From a virus (lineage: Duplodnaviria; Caudoviricetes), in IMG/VR virus record IMGVR_UViG_3300031953_000017, positions 1 through 53,788 of that record: 53,788 nt of DNA; one strand, written 5' to 3'. This document shows, piece after piece, positions 1 through 8,722 of the stretch. The notes under the pieces were generated by a model that was not told the origin of the DNA, ran no database searches, and worked only from the letters and a program-made list of their open reading frames with translations. Positions within the stretch are counted from its first letter, which is position 1, and every line of letters starts with the position of its first letter. The translations under genes were made by a program, and so were the position numbers.

Positions 1-127
1 CTGCATCCGCCCTTGCTTGCTCGATGCGTTCGTCCTCGGTCGGTGCGGTGACAGACTCCAAAGCGAGCGTTAGCCGCCTCACAAGATCGAGCGAGCTGCC
101 AGGGTAAAGATCTATCTTCCAGCCCAC
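1..127. repeat. 127-bp exact direct repeat, left copy (circular assembly overlap)
   Basis: 1-127 is identical to 53662-53788; 127 is a common assembler k-mer length; an ORF reads through the join. Confidence 0.95.
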
Positions 128-187
128 TGAATTGTCAATAACCTCCCGAGATTCCGCAGCCAGGTCGGCAATGAATGTGTCAGGCAT
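1..187 (-). CDS. 5' part of a hypothetical protein spanning the circular join (MPDTFIADLAAESREVIDNSVGWKIDL..., continues to 53549)
   Basis: ATG at 187 overlaps the end of the MazG-like gene; frame is continuous with ORF 53549..53788. Confidence 0.75.
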   Translation of the reverse strand, partial: MPDTFIADLAAESREVIDNSVGWKIDLYPGSSLDLVRRLTLALESVTAPTEDERIEQARADA

Positions 188-806
188 TGTCGGCCTCCTC
201 TGCTTTTTGGATTGCTTCACCCTCCGCTATGCGCTGGCGACGATCAATCGCCTCAGCCCATTGCGTAGCCACTGCGGCAGTTTGGATCAGCTCAGTGCGC
301 AACTTCTCGGGGTCGCTCTCGGCCAACGCCTCAAAGACCTCTTCGAGCAGTATGTCGGCCCATGAGACCGTCCCCTCTTTTGCGGCCTTGTCTGTTGCCG
401 CTTTCGCCAGAAGTGACAGCCCAATCGCCCAGCTCCGCGATCCGCTAGTTGAGGAAATCGGGCCATTGTGGACAATGCGATTCAGGGGCGTGGATGTCCT
501 GCCAGTGCCGTCCGGGTGATTCTGCTGACCCCATTTCACATCCTGCCGAGCGCGTTCGTCAACTACGTCACCGACGGCTTTCCCGCCATGGGGCGAAACG
601 TGGAACTGGAACAATATCGACTTGGCGATGTTGTTTGCCCCGATAGACGATACGCCCCCTTCGTCGCGCCGATTCGCATGCCAAATCGCGGAACCAAGAC
701 TTTCTACCTGTTTTTTGTATAGATCCTGCTTGCTCGGCAGCTCGGGTGTCTTCGGTTCAAGCGTTCCATCGTTCGATGCGTGGCTGTCATTGTGGTTCAT
801 GTTCAT
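180..806 (-). CDS. MazG-like nucleotide pyrophosphohydrolase
   Basis: ERARQDVKWG...ILLEEVFEA...RTELIQTAAVA matches the all-alpha NTP-PPase EExxE...ExxQ pattern of phage MazG-like proteins. Confidence 0.75.
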   Translation of the reverse strand: MNMNHNDSHASNDGTLEPKTPELPSKQDLYKKQVESLGSAIWHANRRDEGGVSSIGANNIAKSILFQFHVSPHGGKAVGDVVDERARQDVKWGQQNHPDGTGRTSTPLNRIVHNGPISSTSGSRSWAIGLSLLAKAATDKAAKEGTVSWADILLEEVFEALAESDPEKLRTELIQTAAVATQWAEAIDRRQRIAEGEAIQKAEEADNA

Positions 807-2380
807 TTCGCTTCTCCTTTGGTCAGCGCCTTGCGCAAGCTCCTGTTGAGCTCGAGCCGGCGGGCTAGTTGTGAATCAATAATGTCTTCGTCGGTGGAAC
901 CTTCGGCAATAATCTCGTACTGGATCACCCCTTCGGTTCTCTTTTGCCCGCGGCGATCCAGCCGGCCGAGCAACTGCGTTTCGCTGGCGAGATCTCGGGA
1001 CTTGTTCAGCGACACCAACACTCCCGATGCGGCCTGCAGCCCGTCAATGCCGGTGCCGATAGCTTCGGTCACGCCAACAATCACGTCATATTTTCCGGCC
1101 TCAAAATCCTCAAGAGCCTGGTCGCGTGCCGCATCTGTCGCCGAGCTCGACCACTCGAACGCGCGAACCCCTTGAGCTTTCAGGCGGTTGACGGCCAGCT
1201 CGGCAAACTTTTTGGAGTTGGTGGCAGCCACGATAGGCTCGCCCACTTTCCCCATAATCCTGATCATCGCATCCAGCTTGGGGCTGTCGGCATCCGGCGC
1301 AAACACGACATCCCACAGTGGCATGCCACGCTCGTCGACCGCTTGCTGGGTCAGCCCGTCGTCGGCAATGATGTAATCCTTGCCCAGCTCCCACTCAGTT
1401 GACCCTTTCTTGGGTTTCCATGGGCGCGGGATGATCGACGGCATCGCGAGCGTCATCTGTGACAGGCGCAACGTGCGAACGACCGGCATCTTCACGACCA
1501 ACGCCTTGCGCTTGCGCTCGACCAGGGGCAACGCCTTCCACTCTTCGGTGGCGATGTCTAGGTATGCGAGATAGTCGCGTTGCAGCTGTGTGATCGCCTT
1601 TTTCTGGCCGGCCGTCAGGTCGACGGTTTCTCGAATCACAATCGGCTCGGGCAGGTGCGACAGGAAACCTTCGGGGTGAAACTCGCAGCATTCGGCGCGC
1701 TTGAAATGCTGAATCCAGCACGGCATCAGGCTGGCGAAGAGACCGGGCTCCAGCTCTCCGACAACCTTGCGCTTGCCGGGGGCGTGGTGGTCATACTCAG
1801 TTCGGCAGTAGGTGTCGATCCAGCGGTTCGCTGAGATGTCAGCGATGTCGCCGTGGCCGTCATGCTCCGGGTGCATGAAACGCGCAATTGTCCACGCGTT
1901 CTCAAACAGGTTCCGGTACATGGTTCCCGACATCGGGATCCGATGGCCGGTTGAGCGTGAAAACTTCATCAGCGCTTTGCCGCCAGACTTGTCGCGATTC
2001 CCCAGAAGGTGCGCCTCGTCGACGATGGTGAGATCTGGGCGAATGTGGTGTGGCTTCCAGCGCGTGAACGTCTGCGGGGTCATCAGGTAGTAACCCTCTT
2101 CACCCCACTCGAGATCCGACATTGCAGCCTTGCCCGGTTCGGTGCTGTCGATTCTTTGGATGCGTGCCCCTTCGTCGACTTCGCCAATAGTTCTACGCCA
2201 CACCTTTTTGTGCGTTCCTTGCGGGGCGATGATCAGCTTCGTCGGCAACCCGCTACGTCGCGCGGCCTCGGCTGCGATGACAGTTTTGCCGGCGCCAGTC
2301 TCGGCGACTACCGCGCCCGTCATGTTGTTGGCGAGAAGTGCCCGAATGTCAGCCTCTTGAAAATCGTATGGCTTGAGCAA
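803..2380 (-). CDS. Superfamily 2 DNA helicase
   Basis: Walker A AETGAGKT, DEAH box, motif III SGT, motif VI QLLGRLDRRGQ. Confidence 0.9.
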   Translation of the reverse strand: MLKPYDFQEADIRALLANNMTGAVVAETGAGKTVIAAEAARRSGLPTKLIIAPQGTHKKVWRRTIGEVDEGARIQRIDSTEPGKAAMSDLEWGEEGYYLMTPQTFTRWKPHHIRPDLTIVDEAHLLGNRDKSGGKALMKFSRSTGHRIPMSGTMYRNLFENAWTIARFMHPEHDGHGDIADISANRWIDTYCRTEYDHHAPGKRKVVGELEPGLFASLMPCWIQHFKRAECCEFHPEGFLSHLPEPIVIRETVDLTAGQKKAITQLQRDYLAYLDIATEEWKALPLVERKRKALVVKMPVVRTLRLSQMTLAMPSIIPRPWKPKKGSTEWELGKDYIIADDGLTQQAVDERGMPLWDVVFAPDADSPKLDAMIRIMGKVGEPIVAATNSKKFAELAVNRLKAQGVRAFEWSSSATDAARDQALEDFEAGKYDVIVGVTEAIGTGIDGLQAASGVLVSLNKSRDLASETQLLGRLDRRGQKRTEGVIQYEIIAEGSTDEDIIDSQLARRLELNRSLRKALTKGEAK

Positions 2381-2409
2381 TGCGCCTCCAATCTGTTGAG
2401 TGTCTTTTG

Positions 2410-2519
2410 TGGGACTGGCGGGATTTGAACCCGCGTACTCCGATACAGTGCGTGGCCTCTCCCGAGGACTAATCCGCTGTCGTCTGCCGTCCGGCGCTTG
2501 GCCTCTAAGCTACAGTCCC
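2410..2519 (-). ncRNA. tRNA-like RNA with expanded anticodon arm (110 nt)
   Basis: Minus strand: acceptor GGGACTG/CAGTCCC plus A, TA linker, D arm GCTT-AGAGGCC-AAGC, variable loop AGTAC, T arm GCGGG-TTCAAAT-CCCGC; no standard 7-nt anticodon loop. Confidence 0.8.
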
Positions 2520-2523
2520 AAGT

Positions 2524-2560
2524 GGCTGCCATCCAGAGCCGGGGAGGATAGATGGCAGCC
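2524..2560 (-). other. 10-bp stem-loop immediately upstream of the tRNA-like RNA
   Basis: GGCTGCCATC (2524-2533) / GATGGCAGCC (2551-2560) perfect inverted repeat, no U-tract. Confidence 0.6.
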
Positions 2561-2567
2561 GGTCTAG

Positions 2568-3719
2568 TTATGCTCGGGCGAGCTTACGCGCCACAAACAT
2601 GAGCGCCCCACCAGCGGGGAGCAATGCGAGCCACCAGGCTCCGATGGTTCCGCTGTCGCCAGTGTAGGGCAGCTTCTGAACCTGAGCCACAGGGGCAGCC
2701 GGAGTCACCGGCTTCTCTGGGGTGGCTGGAGTTTCTGGATCCGGGTCAGGCGTGTTATTCACGCAGATTGTTGGATCCTCGAACTCGTTGAGCCCTCCCG
2801 GTGCTGTGCCCTCTTCGCATTCGACGACAGGGGGCGTGTAGCATCCGAGTTCGATCGCTTCGGCACGCTCAAGAGTGCGGCTGCTGCTAGCTTCTGTCGA
2901 AACTGCTCCGTCGATCGTCGTCCACGTTCGGGTCGTGTACTGGTTGGTTGCCGAACAAACAGACTCTTCGTGATTCTCAATCACTCGACAGTCCAGTGTT
3001 GCCGGATCTGTCAGCTGAATCGTTGCCAACCCCAGATCGTGATTGATGTTGGTCACATTGTCGAACCACACAATCGGCAAGGTGATCGACTGGCCATAGG
3101 TCGGCGTGATGCCGAACTTTGTCAGAGCGTCCTCGACGGACAAGCCGGCGTTTTGTGCAGCCAAGATGTCTTCAGCCTTGATGCGCAAATCTCCAAGAAT
3201 GAAGCGAACACCGTCGGACGGGCCAGAGAATGCGAACGTGTTGAACGGGACATCACACGATGGCGGGGTCACGGTCAGGCTGGGAGCTGCGGGGATCTCG
3301 GGCTGGTAAGGGATCTCGCAGTTTTCGACAGCCACCTTGGCGCTCTTGGTGTAGGCCAGGTTCCCCAGCTTGTGACTGGCGAACTGCACCCCCACATTCA
3401 AGCGGTATTCACCCGCTTCGACATTCTGCGTCCACGTCTGCGTTACCGTGTCGCCGCGAACGGGCAATCCGATAAGGCCACTGTCGACAACGGCAACTCC
3501 GTTGATCTCCACAACTTCGATCGTTGCGTCGATGTTCTTGTAGTTGGCTCCCAGATCTCCAGTCACGTTCCATGTGATCGAAGCCTGCCCGGTCGAGGTG
3601 TCGCATTTTGCGATTCCTGAAACCGTTGGATGCGTTGCGCTCGCGGGAATCGCCGCAATAGCGGTGAGCCCTCCGGCGAGCATAAGGGTCACTAGGCCCT
3701 TGGCGATGATGTTCTTCAC
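2568..3719 (-). CDS. Secreted LPXTG cell-wall-anchored protein (sortase substrate)
   Basis: GTG start overlapping the upstream stop; signal peptide ending PASA; Pro/Thr-rich linker; LPYTG, hydrophobic helix, basic tail RKLARA. Confidence 0.85.
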   Translation of the reverse strand: MKNIIAKGLVTLMLAGGLTAIAAIPASATHPTVSGIAKCDTSTGQASITWNVTGDLGANYKNIDATIEVVEINGVAVVDSGLIGLPVRGDTVTQTWTQNVEAGEYRLNVGVQFASHKLGNLAYTKSAKVAVENCEIPYQPEIPAAPSLTVTPPSCDVPFNTFAFSGPSDGVRFILGDLRIKAEDILAAQNAGLSVEDALTKFGITPTYGQSITLPIVWFDNVTNINHDLGLATIQLTDPATLDCRVIENHEESVCSATNQYTTRTWTTIDGAVSTEASSSRTLERAEAIELGCYTPPVVECEEGTAPGGLNEFEDPTICVNNTPDPDPETPATPEKPVTPAAPVAQVQKLPYTGDSGTIGAWWLALLPAGGALMFVARKLARA

Positions 3720-4405
3720 TTGTTCTCCTGTTCGTTTGATTTTTCGATTTCTTGCTTGACCATCTCGGTGAGATGGTCTCCCCAAAGATTGACAACCTCT
3801 TCGAGTGTATTGCTGCTGAAATAGACCTCGCCCAGGCCGTCGCCATCGGGGTTCCGGCACGAGCATGTCGCCTCCCAGAACTCCTGATCCTTGCGAGAAA
3901 ACTCGTTCTTGCCGACACCCTCAATCTCGTGAATCTTGGACTGTCTTTCGCTGGCGATCTTGGTGGCCGACTTGAACGAGTGAACAAAGCACTCACGGCT
4001 AACGTGGTAAGAGAATGCCCCAGGGGTGTATTGGCAGGAGCAACCTTTATCCTTCTGTTCACTCGCCCAGGCTTCGGCGCGAACGCGGTTGCGCTCGGCA
4101 TAGTCTTCGTCCTCCGCGAGCATGTGGCCATGCAGGTCAGCCTCGGCCGATCCGTCCATCACGCTCCAGCTGGATTTCCAGCCGCACGAGCAACGGGCGA
4201 CAGTTCCGCGATGGCCACGCACGTCTTCGTCGGTGCAGGTGCCTTCGTGCTTCACCCACGCCTCTTCATTGTGCGCGGGGCAGTCGGTACACTGCGAGCA
4301 TGGCGGGGAGATGTGGCAGGAGCAATTGTGGAGCTCCTGATTCCCCGGCTTGCAGTCGGGGTGAGTCTCGGCCAGATGTTCGTATTCTTCGGTGAGCTTA
4401 GCCAT
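3716..4405 (-). CDS. Cys/His-rich hypothetical protein (several putative Zn-binding modules)
   Basis: CSCHISPPCSQC, CSCGW...HGH and CSC...DH motifs; stop/start overlaps with both neighbours. Confidence 0.7.
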   Translation of the reverse strand: MAKLTEEYEHLAETHPDCKPGNQELHNCSCHISPPCSQCTDCPAHNEEAWVKHEGTCTDEDVRGHRGTVARCSCGWKSSWSVMDGSAEADLHGHMLAEDEDYAERNRVRAEAWASEQKDKGCSCQYTPGAFSYHVSRECFVHSFKSATKIASERQSKIHEIEGVGKNEFSRKDQEFWEATCSCRNPDGDGLGEVYFSSNTLEEVVNLWGDHLTEMVKQEIEKSNEQENK

Positions 4406-4701
4406 CAGGAGACCCCCAGCGCTTTCGCGATCTCGGGGCGAAACTCTCCAGTGACAGGTAACCCCAGCGCGCGCCAAGCGGCGAACTCCATGGGGTGAAT
4501 ATTTTGGTCAGGGTCAATCAGGCTCATGGTTCCGATCGTGATCAGGTTCGCAATTCTCTGCTGCTCGGCGAGCGCCAATGTTGCGTAGACCTGAGCGGCG
4601 GCCAGCATGTCTGCTTTGCTATCAAACCAGTACGATCCGTCTGCCTTGTTGACCGAGCCCATCTCTGCGAGCTCTTCTGCTTTTTCCTTAAAATCCTTCA
4701 C
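4405..4701 (-). CDS. hypothetical protein
   Basis: 98-aa ORF translationally coupled to neighbours. Confidence 0.7.
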   Translation of the reverse strand: MKDFKEKAEELAEMGSVNKADGSYWFDSKADMLAAAQVYATLALAEQQRIANLITIGTMSLIDPDQNIHPMEFAAWRALGLPVTGEFRPEIAKALGVS

Positions 4702-4868
4702 GCTGACTCAACTCCAATCTCTATTGGTGGCGCCGGTGCTACGTCTTGTTGGCCTAACCCGCTTGCAATAAACAGGAGCGCCAGAATAGCGCCGATGGTT
4801 AGTGCTGCCAGCCCAATCATGATGTCGGCAACTTTGCCGATCGTTGGCTGCTTGAACCTGTGGATCAC
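4698..4868 (-). CDS. small membrane protein (56 aa, below ORF-track cutoff)
   Basis: GTG start; MIHRFKQPTIGKVADIMIGLAALTIGAILALLFIASGLG...; GTGA overlaps at both ends. Confidence 0.65.
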   Translation of the reverse strand: MIHRFKQPTIGKVADIMIGLAALTIGAILALLFIASGLGQQDVAPAPPIEIGVESA

Positions 4869-5107
4869 GAGTGATCCTCCAGCCGGTGCATCGCCTCGGC
4901 GCGCTCGACAGCCTGCCCGTAGGTCTCGCTGGAGCGTTCAGCGCCATAGGTGATCTCGCGCTTGTTTTTCAGTAGCATGATGCGAGTGGTCGAATGTTCT
5001 CGATCTCCGGGCATGCTGCGGGAGATCCGCACGACGACGCTGCCGTCAGGCATGATGTCGCCAACCTGCATGTTTCGGTACTGGGTTTCCGTGGTGATCT
5101 TAGCCAT
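4865..5107 (-). CDS. hypothetical protein
   Basis: Strong RBS AGGAGG upstream of ATG 5107 (MAKITTETQY). Confidence 0.7.
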   Translation of the reverse strand: MAKITTETQYRNMQVGDIMPDGSVVVRISRSMPGDREHSTTRIMLLKNKREITYGAERSSETYGQAVERAEAMHRLEDHS

Positions 5108-5175
5108 GTCTGGCCTCCTAAATCCTTGTGGTGTGTGTGTACGAATATACACTATTTATAGCCGGCGATCTACGT

Positions 5176-5541
5176 TTAGATCGAACCTTCTTCATGCATT
5201 TCTGAAATCTCGGACTTCAGCCGGCGGAGGCGTGCCTCCTCGTTCAGGGGGATTTCGCTACCTGTCAGCATCTGCTCGGAAACCTTGTCGGTGATCCGAA
5301 CCGGCTTGCCGTCGATATGTTCTAGCGTGTAAGAAATCTCGAGAATGGTGTCCTCACCCCGCGCCCACGAGATCTGAGCTCGAAGGCCGATCGCGCCCTC
5401 TTTGGTGGCGAACCTCTCCATGTGGGCGATCACTTCGGAGCGTTGCTCTTCGGTTGTTGTTGCTCGGCCCAAGGTCGTCCCGCTGACACTTCTGGTCGGC
5501 CCCAACGTTGCCTGTGGCTCGATGATCCCCATGTCAATCAC
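5176..5541 (-). CDS. hypothetical protein
   Basis: ORF in leftward operon; start is GTG 5541 or ATG 5532. Confidence 0.6.
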   Translation of the reverse strand: MIDMGIIEPQATLGPTRSVSGTTLGRATTTEEQRSEVIAHMERFATKEGAIGLRAQISWARGEDTILEISYTLEHIDGKPVRITDKVSEQMLTGSEIPLNEEARLRRLKSEISEMHEEGSI

Positions 5542-5660
5542 AGCCAACCCACAATGTGCAAAAACACTGTGATGATGCCAGCATAGATGGCCGCGCACTT
5601 CAGGATTATCACGCCCAACTGAATAGGTGTCGCCGGTTCGATCTCAGGCTTGTTGCTCAC
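5538..5660 (-). CDS. small membrane protein (40 aa)
   Basis: MSNKPEIEPATPIQLGVIILKCAAIYAGIITVFLHIVGWL fills the gap with GTGA overlaps. Confidence 0.6.
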   Translation of the reverse strand: MSNKPEIEPATPIQLGVIILKCAAIYAGIITVFLHIVGWL

Positions 5661-6256
5661 GACTGCGCCTCAATCCACTCGTTCAGCATGGACACCAACG
5701 ATTTCGGCGCCAGCTCGGAGACCTCTTCAACTTCGTAGGTCAACCATCCCGGCAGCTCGCCCTCGGGAGTCATCTCGGTCATCGGATCCTCGGTGATGCT
5801 GAACAGTCGGCTGCCGTCGTCGCTGACATCGAAGTTGACTGTACCCTCAAGAATTTTGGGGTAATCCTCGGCCGTGACCGTTGTCGGGAAACCGACAAAA
5901 CGCACGTTGATTTCAGTGTGTTCGTCGTTACCCCAGGCGAAAGCGTTGAACGCTTCAGGGTTGTTGATCGACGCAACATGCATGTCTTCGGTGCGCTTCA
6001 GCCAGCGGTAAACAGTTCCGCGATCGAGTACACCCAGCCCGTCGTTGGCGATGACGGCAACAGGCACGCCCAACTGTCGAGCGCGTCGAACCGCAATCGC
6101 AAGCTCAAGCTCTACGGCATCCAACTCTTCACGCAATGCCGCGCGGACACGCTTCTCAATGGACTCTTTGCCGTTCTTGTAGTTGTCGCGAGCTTCGGTG
6201 ATGTTGGTGACAGAAGCTTTCTGGATGCTGTTCATGTTGGCTCGGCGGGTACTCAC
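5657..6256 (-). CDS. hypothetical protein, possible N-terminal helix-turn-helix
   Basis: ARQLGVPVAVIA...LDRGTVYRWL resembles an HTH. Confidence 0.6.
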   Translation of the reverse strand: MSTRRANMNSIQKASVTNITEARDNYKNGKESIEKRVRAALREELDAVELELAIAVRRARQLGVPVAVIANDGLGVLDRGTVYRWLKRTEDMHVASINNPEAFNAFAWGNDEHTEINVRFVGFPTTVTAEDYPKILEGTVNFDVSDDGSRLFSITEDPMTEMTPEGELPGWLTYEVEEVSELAPKSLVSMLNEWIEAQS

Positions 6257-6888
6257 TTGTTGGCCTCAATCTGGATTGCTTCGGTTGCTGCGCGGCGTAG
6301 CTCGGTGTAAAGCCATGTCGCATAGCCTTCAGGGATTTCGATGTCGAACTCTTTGAGGAACGCGATGTGTGTCTGCGCTTGAGGCTGGATGCGACCCTCA
6401 AAGGTGAGGCAGTTGACCGTGTTCAGGTCGGCTGTGATGATTTTGAGCGATGCAGCAAACAGTTGGTTGTTCGAGTTGTCATAGTGGAATTCCTGCATAG
6501 CCTCCTCGTGGGTCGGCCCCACAATTTTCCACTCAAACTTCATAGGAAAATTGCTCAGACGATACTCGTCGTCATCGTCACTCAAACCTACAGACCAGGA
6601 CTCCGCCAACAAACCCGTTTCGGGGGCGCGTGTGACGATGACAAAAATGTTGTTTTCTTCGCTGCCATTACCAACCTCGCGAGTGATGCACTGACCGCTT
6701 CCACCTTCCTCTTTGTGCGCCTGTCGAAACGATCGTCTCCAGTTGGCCACCAAAGAGTGAGCTTGTGCGTAGTCAAGGATCGCATCGTCATGCGTGAAAT
6801 CAGAATCATTCCCGCGGGTGATGTAGTCCTCTTCCACCTCAAATTCGATGGTGTCGTCGTTGGGCAGGGTAATCGAAATCTCGGTCAT
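6253..6888 (-). CDS. acidic hypothetical protein
   Basis: 211-aa D/E-rich ORF, coupled. Confidence 0.7.
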   Translation of the reverse strand: MTEISITLPNDDTIEFEVEEDYITRGNDSDFTHDDAILDYAQAHSLVANWRRSFRQAHKEEGGSGQCITREVGNGSEENNIFVIVTRAPETGLLAESWSVGLSDDDDEYRLSNFPMKFEWKIVGPTHEEAMQEFHYDNSNNQLFAASLKIITADLNTVNCLTFEGRIQPQAQTHIAFLKEFDIEIPEGYATWLYTELRRAATEAIQIEANK

Positions 6889-7427
6889 TATTTTGACTCC
6901 TTCTCTGTGATGAAAATGTCTAAAGTTTCGGCAAGGATCTTGTCTGCTGAGTTTTCGCTACCGTGGGCTACAAACTCCAGAAGGTGCAACATGTCCACCA
7001 TGGCAACAATCACTGAGCTCTCCAGGTCTCCCGGCTCTTTTTCGGGAAACGTTACACCCACGTCTTGCGCAGCACGTCGCGCCGATCGCTGGCGTACAGC
7101 CGGCAGAGCCTCGTATTCTTCGTCATCGCTAGCCGGCATGACATTCTCAACATGCTCCAGCTGTGAGGATGACGCGTCATCGTTGCTGTCGCCCAGGAAC
7201 ACGGCCCCGCAGCTGCACAGTACAAAAAATGTTTCGGCGTGGGCGTTGTAACGCACGGGCGCATCCAAGTGCAATTCTGCCAACTCGGATACCGGCTCCA
7301 GGATTCGGAAATCTGTACCTTCGTTTGCTGCTGACAGCATCACCAGCTCGTCAATTGCCAGCGTCATCGTAAACGGTATCTGAACCGTCTTGTAGTCGTT
7401 CCCAATTTTCTGCTGTACCTGTGGCAT
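6888..7427 (-). CDS. hypothetical protein
   Basis: RBS AGGGG before ATG 7427 (MPQVQQK); CSCG motif. Confidence 0.65.
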   Translation of the reverse strand: MPQVQQKIGNDYKTVQIPFTMTLAIDELVMLSAANEGTDFRILEPVSELAELHLDAPVRYNAHAETFFVLCSCGAVFLGDSNDDASSSQLEHVENVMPASDDEEYEALPAVRQRSARRAAQDVGVTFPEKEPGDLESSVIVAMVDMLHLLEFVAHGSENSADKILAETLDIFITEKESK

Positions 7428-7444
7428 TGTGTTTCCCCTAATCT

Positions 7445-7759
7445 CTAGTAGCTGGCCAGCATGCGCTTGGCCCACTTGGGCATGGGTGTTGTTTTGCGCA
7501 CAAACCTGAACACGGGCACAGGCCGGTAGGTGCTTTTGTAATTCTTGTCATGGCGCGCATCCATCCACGCATCCAATTCTGCGCTGGTGCTGCCGTAGTT
7601 GACGGCCAGCGCATCATGCGGGGGCGTGTGACCGGCTGGCGTGCCGACCGTTTTAGGCTCAGGCATTTTGCGAGCTTTCAGCTCTGGCTTGGTGATGCTG
7701 AACAACTCCATGATGTCGGTGAGTTGTTCCTCGGTGACTGTGATGCTGTAGCGAGTCAT
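7445..7759 (-). CDS. hypothetical protein
   Basis: 104-aa ORF, ATGA overlap. Confidence 0.65.
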   Translation of the reverse strand: MTRYSITVTEEQLTDIMELFSITKPELKARKMPEPKTVGTPAGHTPPHDALAVNYGSTSAELDAWMDARHDKNYKSTYRPVPVFRFVRKTTPMPKWAKRMLASY

Positions 7760-8472
7760 TTTTTTACCCCAAAGATGTTGGCGAAACGGGTGAGTGTGTG
7801 GCGAACGCGCATTACGTCCGCTTGTGTGTTGACGCAGAGAAAACCTGTGTTGCGAGCTTCAGCGCCATTGCAGCTTTTCAGGCGGTCGGCCCATAGGCGC
7901 GCGATTTTCACGGTCGAATAAGTGTTGGCGCAATTGCGGCGCAGTTCGCGAAGAATCTGCTGCTCACTATTCATGTTGTTGGGCACGCCGTTAGAGCGTG
8001 AGATCCGCGCATAGCGGCCTAGCGTGTGGACGGCAAAATACACTTGCGCTTGTGTGCGGAAAACACCAAAACCGCGTGCTGTGGCAACCTCGGGTTTCAT
8101 GGCTGCCAACTGATCAGCCCAATCCTGGGCAACAATCAAGCGCACACTCTTGTCACTGTCGCGGATATCCTCCAGCAACGCGAGCGCGGGCGTTTTGTCA
8201 GCATCACGTTTTACCGCCCAGGCGTGAATTCTCATGTTTTCGATCATGGCATTATGGTTGCCAACCTCGTCGAGGATCCCGTTGGCGAAATTCTCCCAAT
8301 CCTCCACATCGCCGTCGAGTGTGTAACGCAGCTGATTGCCGGCATCCTCCAGCATCAGCACCCACCTGTCACCTTCTGGCGTGCCCTCGCTCAGGTTGTC
8401 GTCGACAGTGTGCGCGGGTACGGTCTCAGCAACAACGTTTCCGGCATGTGATCCGTTTGTGGTGTAACCCAT
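7756..8472 (-). CDS. hypothetical protein
   Basis: 238-aa ORF in leftward operon. Confidence 0.7.
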   Translation of the reverse strand: MGYTTNGSHAGNVVAETVPAHTVDDNLSEGTPEGDRWVLMLEDAGNQLRYTLDGDVEDWENFANGILDEVGNHNAMIENMRIHAWAVKRDADKTPALALLEDIRDSDKSVRLIVAQDWADQLAAMKPEVATARGFGVFRTQAQVYFAVHTLGRYARISRSNGVPNNMNSEQQILRELRRNCANTYSTVKIARLWADRLKSCNGAEARNTGFLCVNTQADVMRVRHTLTRFANIFGVKK

Positions 8473-8474
8473 GA

Positions 8475-8720
8475 TTAGTTGCTCGCTTTCTGCGCGTAGG
8501 TGATTAGGTCATTTTCGATGGTTACCATCAGCGGAACGTTTTTCATGTCCGCGTTATCAATCCCATAAGCCACAGACGCGTTAGGCCACGTCCTCTTCGA
8601 CATGACCTGCCCGCTGGGCAGCTCCAGCGAAACCAGGTATGCAGGGTTTCCTGTACCGGGGGAGTTGTCCAGTTTTTGGGTGGCCACAATTTTGGCCTCA
8701 ACAATAGTTTCGATCGCCAC
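8475..8720 (-). CDS. small beta-rich hypothetical protein (paralogue of 8723..9028)
   Basis: NSPGTGNPAYLV and NASVAYGIDN motifs. Confidence 0.7.
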   Translation of the reverse strand: MAIETIVEAKIVATQKLDNSPGTGNPAYLVSLELPSGQVMSKRTWPNASVAYGIDNADMKNVPLMVTIENDLITYAQKASN

Positions 8721-8722
8721 AG

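Noticed and set aside
1-127. 127-bp terminal repeat as a biological direct terminal repeat
   Set aside because: The length matches a common assembler k-mer and the repeat lies in the middle of a gene; best explained as circular overlap.
2410-2519. Calling the tRNA-like RNA a Tyr (GTA) or Cys (GCA) tRNA with an intron
   Set aside because: I found no single excision that restores a canonical 5-bp stem and 7-nt loop with U33, and the insert is too short for a group I intron.
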